The notes below the pieces were generated by a model that was not told where the DNA came from, did not search any database, and saw only the letters and a list, made by a program, of their open reading frames with translations. Made by a program: the position numbers and the translations under genes. Shown here one piece after another: positions 33,701 to 44,503 of a DNA stretch of 64,000 nt. This DNA is from Macrostomum hystrix (lineage: Eukaryota > Animalia > Platyhelminthes), in assembly GCA_950097015.1 (NCBI GenBank), contig CATNEN010000029.1, positions 2,170,001 to 2,234,000 on the forward strand. The letters are read 5' to 3'. Positions within the stretch are counted from its first letter, which is position 1. The number at the start of each line of letters is the position of its first letter.

Positions 33701-34519
33701 GTTCGACTCTCAGCCGAAGGGAAAACAGTTTGTCCCCGAGCACGACAACTGATCCCCGTTGTTTCAGTTCATCCAGCTGTAAAAAAAGTACTAGCCTGAG
33801 CTTTCACAGTCCACGGACTGGACAGTTGTACACAACGCAATGCCAAATCCCTGTCTCCCGTCCAGCTGATCGACGCGTTCGCGCCGAGGCTGCAGGATTC
33901 GAACTCGAAGGTGCAGCAGCAGGCGCTGGACGCGGCACAGTCGCTGGTGCCGCAACTCGCCAGCACCGGCCGGTTGGGCGCTACCGTCGGCGCCCTGGTG
34001 GGTCAGGCCGCAATGGCTCTGGCCTCCAAATCCACGGAGATCGCCTGCTCAGCTGGACTCCTGCTGGACTCGCTGATTCGACGCGGCGAGCCGGAACGCC
34101 TGGCGCAGCCGCTGGTGCAGGCCGTCACTTCGGCCAGTCCGCGCTGCCGGGCCGAATTAGTCGAGAAGCTCGCCGACCTGTGCGAACGGCTGCGCAAGCC
34201 GAAGCCGGCCCAGCTGCACGTGGAGCCGGAGCTGTTCCGCCTGCTGGCCGGCCTCACCACGGCGCAGGGTGGCGGAGGCTCGGCGCCTCTCCGCCTGGCC
34301 GTGTTCCGATTGGCTCGCGTGCTCCACGGCCTGGCCGGACCCGAGCTGCTCGATAGAGCCCGCCTGGCGCAGTCGGCGGCTGGCGTCGCTGGTGGAGTCG
34401 GCGCCAGCGGAGGCGGAGGCGTCGGTGCCGGTGGAGGCGGCGGCGGTCGCGGCTGGATCGTCCTGCTGGAGGAGGCCCTGCGGCCTGGGGCGCCAGCAGC
34501 CGCAAGGGGATTCTCTTGA
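16344..34519 (+). CDS. TOGARAM1: TOG array regulator of axonemal microtubules (TOGARAM1/FAM179B/crescerin/CHE-12), four TOG domains, ~1659 aa
   Basis: Exons 16344-17957, 18185-18404, 20709-20780, 21282-21410, 23852-23892, 24658-24964, 29488-29739, 30506-30816, 30893-31001, 31081-31837, 32753-33266, 33866-34519. All GT-AG, phase-consistent, 4980 nt. Matches family motifs FDLGRLCTAVAPALHDHRRTVRRAAME, SRLGRRRLPRL..VEYA, SAGRSLKTAKFPWQE, EDWEAK..EVKNLRSQVSR, RYWGRR, SDWRER and DAFAPRLQDSNSKV. The small linker exons are less certain. Confidence 0.9.
18055..18115 (-). mobile_element. Fragment of a tRNA-derived SINE variant (related to 33655-33785)
   Basis: Reverse complement has B-box GAGTTCGAATCTCAGCCGAAG followed by TTGCTTCAGTTCAC. 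Confidence 0.5.
18640..20520. repeat. 24-bp minisatellite (GCTAGAATCGAAGCAGCAGCCGTA)n in TOGARAM1 intron 2
   Basis: ~75 copies with variant units that recur in blocks. Confidence 0.96.
20947..21166. repeat. 16-bp minisatellite (AGAAGATGGGATATTT)n
   Basis: Perfect tandem copies. Confidence 0.97.
21467..21860 (+). mobile_element. Composite SINE: family B head and CORE-like part, family A body, family B tail
   Basis: 21467-21590 matches the B head, ~21596-21780 matches the A body, and ~21790-21860 matches the B tail (CGCGCAATAGCTGCGGCTGTGCTGTCGGCTGCAC..GGGACAGG). Confidence 0.8.
22650..23356. repeat. 36-bp minisatellite (CTGTTATCCCAGTCAGCATCTACTCCCCTCTGTGTC)n
   Basis: Tandem copies in TOGARAM1 intron 4. 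Confidence 0.96.
24155..24618. repeat. 38-bp minisatellite (TTGGATCACAGACAATCATTCTCGATAATCCACTGACA)n
   Basis: Tandem copies. Confidence 0.96.
25025..25217. repeat. 33/36-bp minisatellite (GTGTACAATCGGTTGACTGACATACAATCCTGG)n, left part
   Basis: The same unit resumes at 26864 after the LINE insertion. Confidence 0.93.
25218..26863 (-). mobile_element. 5'-truncated non-LTR retrotransposon (end of RT + RNase H + CCHC), I/R1 group, Loa/Lian-like
   Basis: Minus-strand frame KCLGITLDHRLSWTPHV..GNTWGLTPKRLWWIYTAMVRPAVSY; RNase H motifs YTDGS, FQNEVLAI, HSDSQAAL, WIPGH..GNELADHLAK; C-terminal CPFC..H..C; one in-frame TAG near 26825; short repeated 3' tail (AGATAAGTCAA); apparent 13-bp TSD GGTTGACTGACAT. 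Confidence 0.93.
26864..27049. repeat. 33/36-bp minisatellite, right part
   Basis: Same unit as 25025-25217. Confidence 0.93.
27469..27630 (+). CDS. Possible additional 162-nt phase 1-1 exon of TOGARAM1 (VSRGLRWLPRG...PNAR)
   Basis: AG at 27467-68 and GTAAAT at 27631; open and in frame between exons ending 24964 and starting 29488; no recognised homology. Confidence 0.3.
28240..28654 (+). CDS. Candidate alternative first coding exon of TOGARAM1 (MGCGSS..., polyproline-rich)
   Basis: ATG is 40 nt after an in-frame TGA (28198-28200); GC-rich exon-like composition; phase-1 donor GTAAAT at 28655 is compatible with acceptor 29488. Unspliced ORF ends at 28746; 3' boundary uncertain. Confidence 0.6.
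29930..30237. repeat. 20-bp minisatellite (AGTCAGTCAATTAGCTTATC)n
   Basis: Tandem copies. Confidence 0.96.
31935..32183 (-). mobile_element. SINE family A copy with tRNA-like head
   Basis: Reverse complement has A-box GAGTGGCAGAGTGGT, B-box-like GCTCGATTC, body and tail. Confidence 0.88.
32435..32712 (+). mobile_element. SINE family A copy
   Basis: GTGAGTGGCAGAGCGGTTAAC..GAGCTCGATTCCGCGGCGAGGCC..CTAGTGTCACCAAATGAT. Confidence 0.9.
33400..33636 (-). mobile_element. SINE family A copy
   Basis: Reverse complement matches the family A body. Confidence 0.88.
33655..33785 (+). mobile_element. tRNA-derived SINE variant related to family B
   Basis: TGGTTAGAAC..GAGTTCGACTCTCAGCCGAAG..CAGTTCATCCAGCTGTAAA. 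Confidence 0.55.
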
Positions 34520-34639
34520 CAGGTGATTTCGGAATGTGCAGTTAGTATGGCTGCTTTTTGTAGTTCAGAATGTTGAGATTTCATTTCTGTTATCTTGCTG
34601 TTTGACGGGAATCTCATAGTGGCTTGTGAGTCATTTCAC

Positions 34640-34745
34640 AATCTCCTGAGCAGCCCTTAAGAACTTCCTCACCATCTATTGAGCAGCCCTTGAGAACTTC
34701 CTCACCATCTATTGAGCAGCCCTTGAGAACTTCCTCACCATTATG
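34640..34745. repeat. 33-bp repeat, ~3 copies, in or near the TOGARAM1 3' UTR
   Basis: GAGCAGCCCTTGAGAACTTCCTCACCATCTATT repeated. Confidence 0.85.
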
Positions 34746-36011
34746 AGCAGCTTTTGAGAAGACGACTATCTGAGCATGCAATGTCATTGCAGATTGTTCC
34801 AAAAAGGATATTAATGCAGTCTGTTTCTTGCCAAATGTAATAGCTGATCAGATCAATCCGAAATCATCTGTATGATCAACATTTCCGTCTTTTGACCCAG
34901 CTAAGCCAAGAGGTTTGTCGATTGTCGGCTAAAATGCTAGAGTTAATTTTGCGAGTTCATTATGCCTTATTTTGCTAGAGCACCCACTGATCTGCTCATT
35001 AAAATGCCTTATGAATACTTTTAATTGCTTTAATAATCCGTCCATTTCAATTGTTTATTTATACTCTGAGCAATAACTGATAACTGATTTCACTGATTTC
35101 ACTACTTAACTTTATAAGTAGAATGAATTTCTCATGTATCAGACAAGGACATAGGGCGTATCAAGGGAAACTACGAGTGTTTGAAGGCCTGTATATGCGT
35201 TACATCAGTCGTCCTTTCTATCTGAATGTAAATACGCTTGTCAAAAATTCTAAGCTGAGGCCTTAATAAGTACGAGATACAGTTTTCACATATCTGGCAT
35301 CTGCCTTTGTGCAGGCAATATAATTTTATTTTAACCTACCCGACTGAGGCAGAAAAAAGCACAGCACCTTTCACATAACATACTTTGGACTGCAATACTG
35401 CAATACTTTGTAGTCTCGTAGCAATAATAAGTATCTATTCTCCTGTCTCATCCCCGCTCTTTTATACTCATTTTTACAATCTCTTCTGTGCAAAATCTGC
35501 TGCTGCTGATTGCGTTTAAAAGAGATGACGCAACAACTGCTTGTTGTTAAGCGCCAATGAAATATTATGTTTCTACTTTTCATTAACTGAAATTCTGTTG
35601 CAATGGAATTACATTATTATAATTTTTTTGCACCCGTGTTACCCAAACTATTTTTGTTACAACACAACTATTATTGAATGCAAGCAAAAATACACATTCA
35701 ATAGCTGGTTGGGCATTAGTAAAGCCACATAACTGATCCAGATTAATTGACCGAAAACGAAATCCAGTCGACTATATCATTGGCATTAATTAAAATTCTC
35801 AATCAAATGGCTATTTGCACACTTGCCCATATATGGTTCCCTCTTGCGTATGTTTGCCTTAGCTTTACTCGACTGTGCTCAAACTATATTAATTACCAAT
35901 CTGAGCAGGGTACGCACTTCACAACTGACTAAAGACTGATTAAACTGATTAAAATAAATAAATTCCAAGCCCTTCTGTTCACTTGTGAGTCACTCCTGCC
36001 CAAAGCCTGCC

Positions 36012-37005
36012 CAAAGCACTCTACTTCTCACACACCCTATGCCTGCCTCACCGCTCTACTTCTCACACACTCTATGCCTGCCTCACCGCTCTACTTCTCT
36101 CACACCCTAAGCCTGCCTCACCGCTCTACTTCTCACACACCCTAAGCCTGCTTCACCGCTCTACTTCTCACACACCCTAAGCCTGCTTCACCGCTCTACT
36201 TCTCACACACTCTATGCCTGCCTCACCGCTCTACCTCTCTCACATCCTAACCCAGTCTCACCACTCTACTTCTCACACACCCTAACCCTGCCTCACCACA
36301 CTACTTCTCTCACATCCTAACCCTGCCTCACCACACTACTTCTCACACATCCTAACCCTGTCTCACCGCTCTACTTCTCTCACATCCTAACCCTGTCTCA
36401 CCGCTCTACTTCTCACACATCCTAACCCTGTCTCACCGCTCTACTTCTCTCACATCCTAACCCTGTCTCACCACTCTACTTCGCACACACCCTAAGCCTG
36501 CTTCACCGCTCTACTTCTCACACATCCTAACCCTGTCACACCGCTCTACTTCTCACACATCCTAACCCTGTCTCACCGCTCTACTTCTCTCACACCCTAA
36601 GCCTGCTTCACCGCTCTACTTCTCACACACTCTATGCCTGCCTCACCGCTCTACCTCTCTCACATCCTAACCCAGTCTCACCACTCTACTTCTCACACAC
36701 CCTAACCCTGCCTCACCACACTACTTCTCTCACATCCTAACCCTGCCTCACCACACTACTTCTCTCACATCCTAACCCTGTCTCACCATCTACTTCTCAC
36801 ACATCCTAAGCCTGCCTCACCGCTCTACTTCTCACACATCCTAACCCTGTCTCACCGCTCTACTTCTCACACATCCTAACCCTGTCTCACCGCTCTACTT
36901 CTCACACATCCTAACCCTGTCTCACCGCTCTACTTCTCACACATCCTAACCCTGTCTCACCGCTCTACTTCTCACACATCCTAACCCTGCCTCACCGCTG
37001 TTACT
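36012..37005. repeat. 35-bp minisatellite (CCCTAAGCCTGCCTCACCGCTCTACTTCTCACACA)n
   Basis: Tandem copies; later units read CCTAACCCTGTC. Confidence 0.95.
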
Positions 37006-37494
37006 TCTACTTTTCAGTGAGAAGTAACAATTTTCGTGCAAAAATGAATCAAGTCATTGTTTAAACTAAGTGATAGTTTTGCTAACGCGAAGCGATGCAG
37101 ATAGGCAGTGAACACAAATCGTGTCTCAAATGTGACATTGCAGCGAAGTTCAATTCAACTTATTATTGTAGTTATAACATCGTGCTCATTGTCGTTAACA
37201 ACTTGAACAAATCAAACAACAAGTTTAAAACTACAAAACTAGAACCGTAATTCATTCCTCCGTTATTACGGTAGAGAAAAAATTTACAGAGAAAAAGGAG
37301 CAAATGACAATGCTCGCGCGGCAAAATAAGCAAATAATTTCTTACAGAAAGAATTAATATGGTCAGGAAGTCAAAAGACTGACAAAAAAATCATTTTCTT
37401 ACAGCATGTAAATAAAGTAGAAAAAAATCGAGATGGAGCAGTGGCTAGACTTTCGTGCTCTTAAAGTATACGCTTATTCGGGTGAGAGAGTTTT

Positions 37495-38332
37495 AGAGAA
37501 GTAGTGTTAGTGGAGTGGGGATGTGAGAGAAGTAGAGTTGGTGGATTGGGGAAGTGAGAGAAGTAGAGTTGGTGGAGTGGGGATGTGAGAGAAGTAGAGT
37601 TGGTGGATTGGGGAAGTGAGAGAAGTAGAGTTGGTGGATTGGGGAAGTGAGAGAAGTAGAGTCAGTAGACTGTGAGTTGAGAGAAGTAGAGTTGGTGGAG
37701 TGGAGATGTGAGAGAAGTAGAGTTGGTGGAGTGGGGATGTGAGAGAAGTAGAGTTGGTGGAGTGGAGATGTGAGAAGAAGAGTTGGTGGAGTGGGGAAGT
37801 GAGAGAAGTAGAGTTGGTGGAGTGGAGATGTGAGAGAAGTAGAGTTGGTGGAGTGGGGATGTGAGAGAAGTAGAGTTGGTGGAGTGGAGATGTGAGAAGT
37901 AGAGTTGGTGGAGTGGGGATGTGAGAGAAGTAGAGTTGGTGGAGTGGGGAAGTGAGAGAAGTAGAGTTGGTGGAGTGGGGATGTGAGAGAAGTAGAGTTG
38001 GTGGAGTGGAGATGTGAGAAGAAGAGTTGGTGGAGTGGGGAAGTGAGAGAAGTAGAGTTGGTGGAGTGGGGAAGTGAGAGAAGTAGAGTTGGTGGAGTGG
38101 GGATGTGAGAGAAGTAGAGTTGGTGGAGTGGGGATGTGAGAGAAGTAGAGTTGGTGGAGTGGAGATGTGAGAAGAAGAGTTAGTGGAGTGGGGAAGTGAG
38201 AGAAGTAGAGTTGGTGGAGTGGGGAAGTGAGAGAAGTAGAGTTGGTGGAGTGGGGAAGTGAGAGAAGTAGAGTTGGTGGAGTGGAGATGTGAGAGAAGTA
38301 GAGTTGGTGGAGTGGGGATGTGAGAGAAGTAG
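37495..38332. repeat. 31-bp minisatellite (GAGAAGTAGAGTTGGTGGAGTGGGGATGTGA)n
   Basis: Tandem copies. Confidence 0.95.
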
Positions 38333-38900
38333 AATAGTATACACATAAGTATAAAGAAAAAGCACGAATAAAAAATACTTAACGTTAAAGCTAATCGTGC
38401 TCCCCTGACAACACAAAACAGGGACTGATAGATAATAGCAAAAATACAAAAAAACGAAATACAACAGAGAGCAGGCGAGCAAGCAGACAAACTAAATAGG
38501 TAAAAATTATGCAAAAACAAAGCCGTTAACAAAATACCATAGAAACAAGCTAAGAGCTAACAAACAACAAGAAAGCGAGACGTTAAAAACTGACTTACAC
38601 GAATCAGAGAATAGTTATTTGTGTGTTTAAAGCTACTTTAAGTAGCTTGCTACAGACGCGAACGAAATAGTTAGCTTGGATTGCGAGAGCTAATAATGAG
38701 CTGTATAATGAAATAATCATACCAGCTCGAATTTTATTTTGGTTGCTAAGCGGCAAGGCTAGGGCAGGCGGCAAATGAGCAATGATTTTTTCAGTAATTT
38801 TAATACCTAAACAGCATTTCAGTAAGCATTAGAAAATACTATTAGGCTATTAGGCACGAGTTTTCTGGCTACAACCAAACAGCTTTGGCTCTTTTGGAAG

Positions 38901-39348
38901 GCTGTTACACACCTAGCTAGGCTGTTACACACTTAGATAAGCTGTTACACACTTAGATAGGCTGTTACACACTTAGATAGGCTGTTACACACTTAGATAG
39001 GCTGTTACACACTTAGATAATCTGTTACACACTTAGATAGGCTGTTACACACTTAGATAAGCTGTTACACACTTAGATAGGCTGTTACACACTTAGATAG
39101 GCTGTTACACACTTTGATAAGCTGTTACACACTTAGATAGGCTGTTACACACTTTGATAAGCTGTTACCCACTTAGATAGGCTGTTACACACATAGATAG
39201 GCTGTTACACACTTAGATAGGCTGTTACACACTTAGATAGGCTGTTACACACTTAGCTAGGCTGTTACCTACTTAGATAGGCTGTTACACACTTTGATAA
39301 GCTGTTACACACTTAGATAGGCTGTTACACACTTAGATAGGCTGTTAC
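38901..39348. repeat. 20-bp minisatellite (GCTGTTACACACTTAGATAG)n
   Basis: Tandem copies. Confidence 0.96.
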
Positions 39349-39932
39349 CCATTTAACAGCCCAGGGTAGGTTCTAGATCAGTGGTCTGGAGTTCGAATTC
39401 CGGAAGTCGCTAGTCCATGGACTGAGCAGCCGTACATCAGGGCTAGGTGTAATTTCTGTCTATTCATAGTAGCCTAAACACCCAAAGAGCCTCAGCAATG
39501 GAGAGTAGCTACTTTGTGGTCTATAAAAATTGTCTTAAACAGAAAGCTTTGGGATGAAACACGTAAGCTATAAGATGCAGTGGAGAAAACGCGATAACAT
39601 TATCATTCGCCAAGGCAAATAGTGGCGCTTCATCATAAAAAACTATTATATGAACTTCAACTTTCTGAAACATGTTCAACTAGCATCAAAGAGAGAATAA
39701 ATAATATGTTTTATTTATATTGTATCTATGTCTATATATGCGCAGATGAATAAAAGTATCAGTCAACATAGACTGTACACACTGATGAGTGATGATTTGA
39801 ACAGACTATAAATAGAACAAGTACTACCTACCCTATGTTCTAAGTCATGAGTTCCAAAACGTAAGGCAAATACAGGAAACAAAAAATAGTTGATTCTGGA
39901 AATATTTCATTCTAACTAGTCATAACTAGAAA

Positions 39933-40110
39933 TCAACCCCACCTGAGGTCATGCTAACTAGTCATTAACCCCAACTGAGGTCATGCTAACTAGTCATCAA
40001 CCCCACCTGAGGTCATGCTAACTAGTCATCAACCCCACCTGAGGTCATGCTAACTAGTCATCAACCCCAACTGAGGTCATGCTAACTAGCCACCAACCCC
40101 AACTGAGGTC
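39933..40110. repeat. 32-bp minisatellite (CCCCACCTGAGGTCATGCTAACTAGTCATCAA)n
   Basis: ~5 copies. Confidence 0.92.
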
Positions 40111-40238
40111 ATTCTAACAGGTCGCAGATCTGCTATCCTTTCATATTATTTTGTTACCTAATTTTGTTTGTAAATGAATCAATACTGATCCGTCTGCTCT
40201 TTGGGAACATAGCAAAAAATATTCTTAAACAGGCGTCA

Positions 40239-42847
40239 TTATGAGGATCGGCCATAGACGTTTACGTAGGGCTGGTGACGCAGTGTGAAGGCGGCTAGAA
40301 TATTGCGGGCGATCTGCAAGCTGCCAAGACTGGCTGCCAGAGCTTGGCGCGCCTCGGCATCCGAATGACCGTCGGCTAGGAGGGCGCGCACCGACAGCTC
40401 GTCGATGGGACTGGCCGAAGCAGCCATAGCGGCGGGGGCCGCAACACTGGCAGGAGCTGCGGTAGCAGGAGCAGCCTGGCGCGGCGGAGGGGGCGGCGAC
40501 GCGGGACGGGGCGAGGCGGCCCGAGAGCTGCCCGCTGAAGGCGAGGCCGATGACGAAGGATCAAAGTGGAGAGTCGCGTATGTGAAGCTGCCGTTTCCAG
40601 CAGCATCTCCAGTGGAACGTCTGTCGTCGTCGTTGTCACTGTCGTCGTCGGCGGAAGCGGCAGCTGAGGCGGCCGCAGCGTTGGCCACAGCGGCGGCGTT
40701 CGGGCAGCGGCGCGCCGATGCCGGTGAACTGCCTGTGCGAGGCGGCCGCGGCGGTGGCGAGGGCGCCTGAGCGGCAGACGGCGGCGGAGGCGGTGGCGAT
40801 ATTGTCGGAGGCGGAGGAGGCGCCGTGAGAGAGACCAGCGGCTCCGTAGCGGGCATGAAAGGCTCTAAAATGACAGCCTCTGTGCCTTTAATCTCGCGCC
40901 GACAGAACGGACAGATGAGATCCTCCTGACAGTGGGATGACAGTCTGGAGACGCACTGGGCGCACATGTAGTGGCCGCAGGGTTCGATTCGCACCTCCTT
41001 GTCTCGCTCCATGCATATCTTGCACAATTGAAACGACTGATAAGTGGCATTCTTAGTGCTGCAGTACATTTCGTATTGCTGCTGCGTGACCTGGATGACA
41101 ACAGGCGGCAGGTCGTGAACCAAACTAGATAGATCCGGATTGATGCTGTTACCGTCCGGATACAGATAGAACATATCCCTGGCGCCGTCAATGAGAGCCT
41201 GGGCCAATGATTTGTTCTGTATGATGGTCTGCAGAATCTGGCGGTCGTCAGTGACGTACCCGATGGCCCACTGGCCCAGCTTGGTGCAGCTCTGCCTATA
41301 GATATAGGCGCCAGGCTTTTCAATCTGCTTCAATAGTCTGGTCCGCACTTCGTCGTAGGTTAGAAAGGCCATATAGCCAGGATGGGTTACTGCTAGTCGC
41401 TTCCAGTTCTGCAGGATGTTGCGCCACGGCTGGAACAAGCGAACAAATACGTCGAATTCGAATACGGACACGTGATCGTTGCAGGTGAGGTCGATTGTGG
41501 TCCTCAGAGCCATTAGTTCCATGTTGTCCCTGATGGGATGCACATCAGTGAATGCCATGCTGAACTCCGGCCAGGAGACAATGCCCCGGCCGGGGAAATA
41601 GTGGCGCCAGAACTCATCTGCATCCACCTATGTATGGAGATGTTTTTATAAGATCTTAGTCAGTGAATTGGATCTGTCGAGTACAAATAATATTAATGAC
41701 AATTGCAGGAGGGCCCACTATTTGGTGACACAAGACACGCAGCCAGCGAGGAGGCAATTCTGCCCATTTCGCTGACTCCTGAGCACAAACCCACACAGGT
41801 GAGTACATCTGCCCTGACTTTCTCATCGTCAGGCAGTGTACACTCTCACTGTGCCTTGGAGGTTGGCCATCAAGGGCTTCAAGCGCACTCAAGGGCCCTC
41901 AATGTCCCTGAACTCGATTCCGCGGCGAGGCCACATTCATTTGAGGCGCAGCCGCGGAGAGAAGGCTTGGAGGCTTGTCGTGCAATTTACGCCCTTGAGG
42001 GCCAACCTGCAAGGCACTGAGAAAGTGTACACTGCCTGACGACGAGAAAGCCTTGGCAGATGTACACACCTGTGTGAGCTTGTGCCTGCGTATAGTATCT
42101 GGGTGCGTGTGTGCTCAGGAGTCAGCGAAATGGGCAGAATTGCCTCCAAATAATGTGACAGTGCTCACAGCCGTCCTGCAAATAAACCATTTATAATTCT
42201 GTCACACTATAATGCAAACCGCCAGGACGCACCTTTGTGACGCGAAAGTCGGACAAATCGTACACTTTGTTAGGAAACAGAGCCTGTAAATCTTTCAGCA
42301 TGTGAGAAAATGTCAGAGACAACTTAGTCAGCTGCTGTCGGCACTCGGAGGTCTCATCGAACATGCGTTCCTTGGCCTCTCTGAATAGCCGAACAGTCTG
42401 CTTGCATCGCGCGGTCAGGGTGGCAATGAACAATGGGAAATAATCGTTCTCTGATAAGGCGTGATAATCCTCCGAGTATTTGGACACAATGCTGTTGATA
42501 TACTCTGCCGTATCCGGTATCGTGTCTGGCAGGTAGGGCGGAGAATTTTTCAAATTCAACTGCGGCTGCCTGCACAGCTTCATCACCTTGGCCATATAGG
42601 TGGTACACTTTTCAATGGACTTTTTATCAACAATCAGGCAGCGATTGGCTGCGGCGCCGATTGGCGCGGCTGGCAAGGGGCCTGCGGAGGCAGCGGCGCC
42701 AAATGAGGAGTCGCTGGTGGATGCTGCACCGCCGCTTCTAGGATGGAAGGCTCCATGCAGGCGGGCCAGAAAGCGCCGGCCGCTGCTGTCGGAGGCGGCG
42801 CCGCCGCCTGTAGCTTTCACTGCCATAGCGCGGGCGGCTCTTTTCAT
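40239..42847 (-). CDS. CBL: E3 ubiquitin ligase Cbl (TKB, linker, RING, Pro-rich region, UBA-like C-terminus), ~667 aa
   Basis: Exons 42847-42233 and 41627-40239, phase-0 GT-AG intron. Motifs [84 protein letters not shown]. Confidence 0.96.
41705..41878 (-). mobile_element. SINE family A 3' half in the CBL intron
   Basis: Reverse complement matches family A from GGCCAACCTCCAAGGCAC to the tail. Confidence 0.88.
41905..42148 (+). mobile_element. SINE family A copy in the CBL intron
   Basis: GTCCCTGAACTCGATTCCGCGGCGAGGCC..GGAGTCAGCGAAATGGGCAGAATTGCCTCC. Confidence 0.9.
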
Positions 42848-43597
42848 GTGCTAAACAGAATAATTTCACTAGGCTAGTTTCTCCTTTCTCAAACAATTCC
42901 AGCAAGATTGTTACTACAATAGACAGTTGTCAGCGCCCTAGCCTGCTTTGAAAAGCCAGCTAAGCTTACAATTATTTCCTTTCTCTAAGCCAGCTGGGAT
43001 TTCAAGCCAATGAGACACCAACAGGTCCTGCTGACAACTAGCTCGAGCTGAGCTATTTATCTGGCTGCAAATTAAGAACGAAGACAGTAAAAATGATTAA
43101 TGTTTCACTTTTAGCACCAAATCTTCTAACCAGGTACAAGCAAGGATGCTAGCCTAATAATTATAGTTTTTGTAGAATCATGTATTAGTTACATTTATAT
43201 AGATAGTTTCAGCCATAAATGTTAGAACAAAAGTTGGGTGTCATTGCTTTTTTGTTGAATTAAATAAGACTTTTAGTATTTAAAGCATTAGCATTTACAA
43301 GATCAGGTGGCAGTTTCAAGAAATTGTAAGTGGTCCTATCTAATTTAAACTATATTTCTTATATACGAGCTACATTGTCTTATTCATTAAATTGTCTTAT
43401 TATAATGTTTTGAGAATTTCAGTTTATTGTAGAAAATGCTACAGCCAATTCTGGATTAGATCAGCTTAATATTGCCTTTAAAGTTGATTGTATCACTTGT
43501 TTTTTTATTGATTAAATCTGCCTGAATGGGCCTAGATATGCAGCCAACAGCATAGCCATAGAGTTATTATGTAGTGCATCTAAAGGCTATATACCCT

Positions 43598-44233
43598 CTT
43601 CAGTCTATGGACTAGGGGGATGCCATATCGGATCCTAGACACTTTGTCATCTTACAACTTTGTCATCCACTTGGAAGGTAGGACACTTCGTCATCCAGCC
43701 AATTGGCATGCTTAAAAGTTTGGTCAGTTCATCATCTACTAATAACAAGCAATCAAGTTTGTCATCAATAAAGTGAGGGTGGGGTGGTGGGGCAGAGGTG
43801 TGAACACACTTCACACTCTAAATTGTCAAAAAGAGCTGTCAAAACTGATTTCATTATAAGAGTTGAAAGATAGGTGCCAACACGATGTGAGGAGGTGGGG
43901 AGGGGTGGTTCTGTTCTAACTTTGAAAACTTTTGTTTTATAGATGACGAAGTGTCCACAAGTCTAAGTCTCTTCGTAATCCACCCTCTGAGATATTGGAC
44001 AGATCGTCATCTGGAAGACGAAGTTGTAAGATGACGAAGTGTCCAGGTACCACCATATCTACCCACAATTACCTTAGCCAATACTGGAACCCATTTAGTT
44101 GCTAGGTTAACTGAAGCAATTCAGAGTTAAGTGTCTAGCTATAGGACAAATTGTTCAGATTAAGTTAGAAATTGAACCTCCAATATTTTAGTTTCAGTTA
44201 TGAGTCTAATGTTTCAACCACAAGGCTACAACC
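43598..44233 (-). mobile_element. Diverged SINE family B copy split by a MITE (pieces 43598-43629 and 44052-44233)
   Basis: CAGTCTATGGACTAGGGGGATGCCATATC continues after the MITE as ACCATATCTACCCACAATT..GAGTTAAGTGTC..AGGCTACAACC, collinear with the copy at 53045-53266. Confidence 0.75.
43630..44051. mobile_element. MITE with GG-starting TIRs and 8-bp TSD (Merlin-like)
   Basis: Left GGATCCTAGACACTTTGTCATCTTACAACTTTGTCATCCA is the inverse of right TGGAAGACGAAGTTGTAAGATGACGAAGTGTCCAGGTACC; inner inverted copy GGACACTTCGTCATC/GATGACGAAGTGTCC; TSD GCCATATC/ACCATATC. Confidence 0.8.
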
Positions 44234-44503
44234 TCCTTTAGGATAAATACCACCTTGGATCAGCTTAGGCCTAACAGTACAATTTAAGCTTTGCTTTTGT
44301 ATTACCACCTTTAATCAGCTTAACATCTTATCCACAGCTTAGTGTAAGAACAACTGCAATATTTCTTGTATTTTAAACTGTTTTAATGGCTTGCATAACA
44401 GTGCAGATTTTTGTGTAGTTTTTCTATACTGTCCTAAGTTGCAAACATAAGAAAAATGTTGAATAGCTTTGTTCTGTAGTTAAATTGTGAAATAATGCCA
44501 CTA

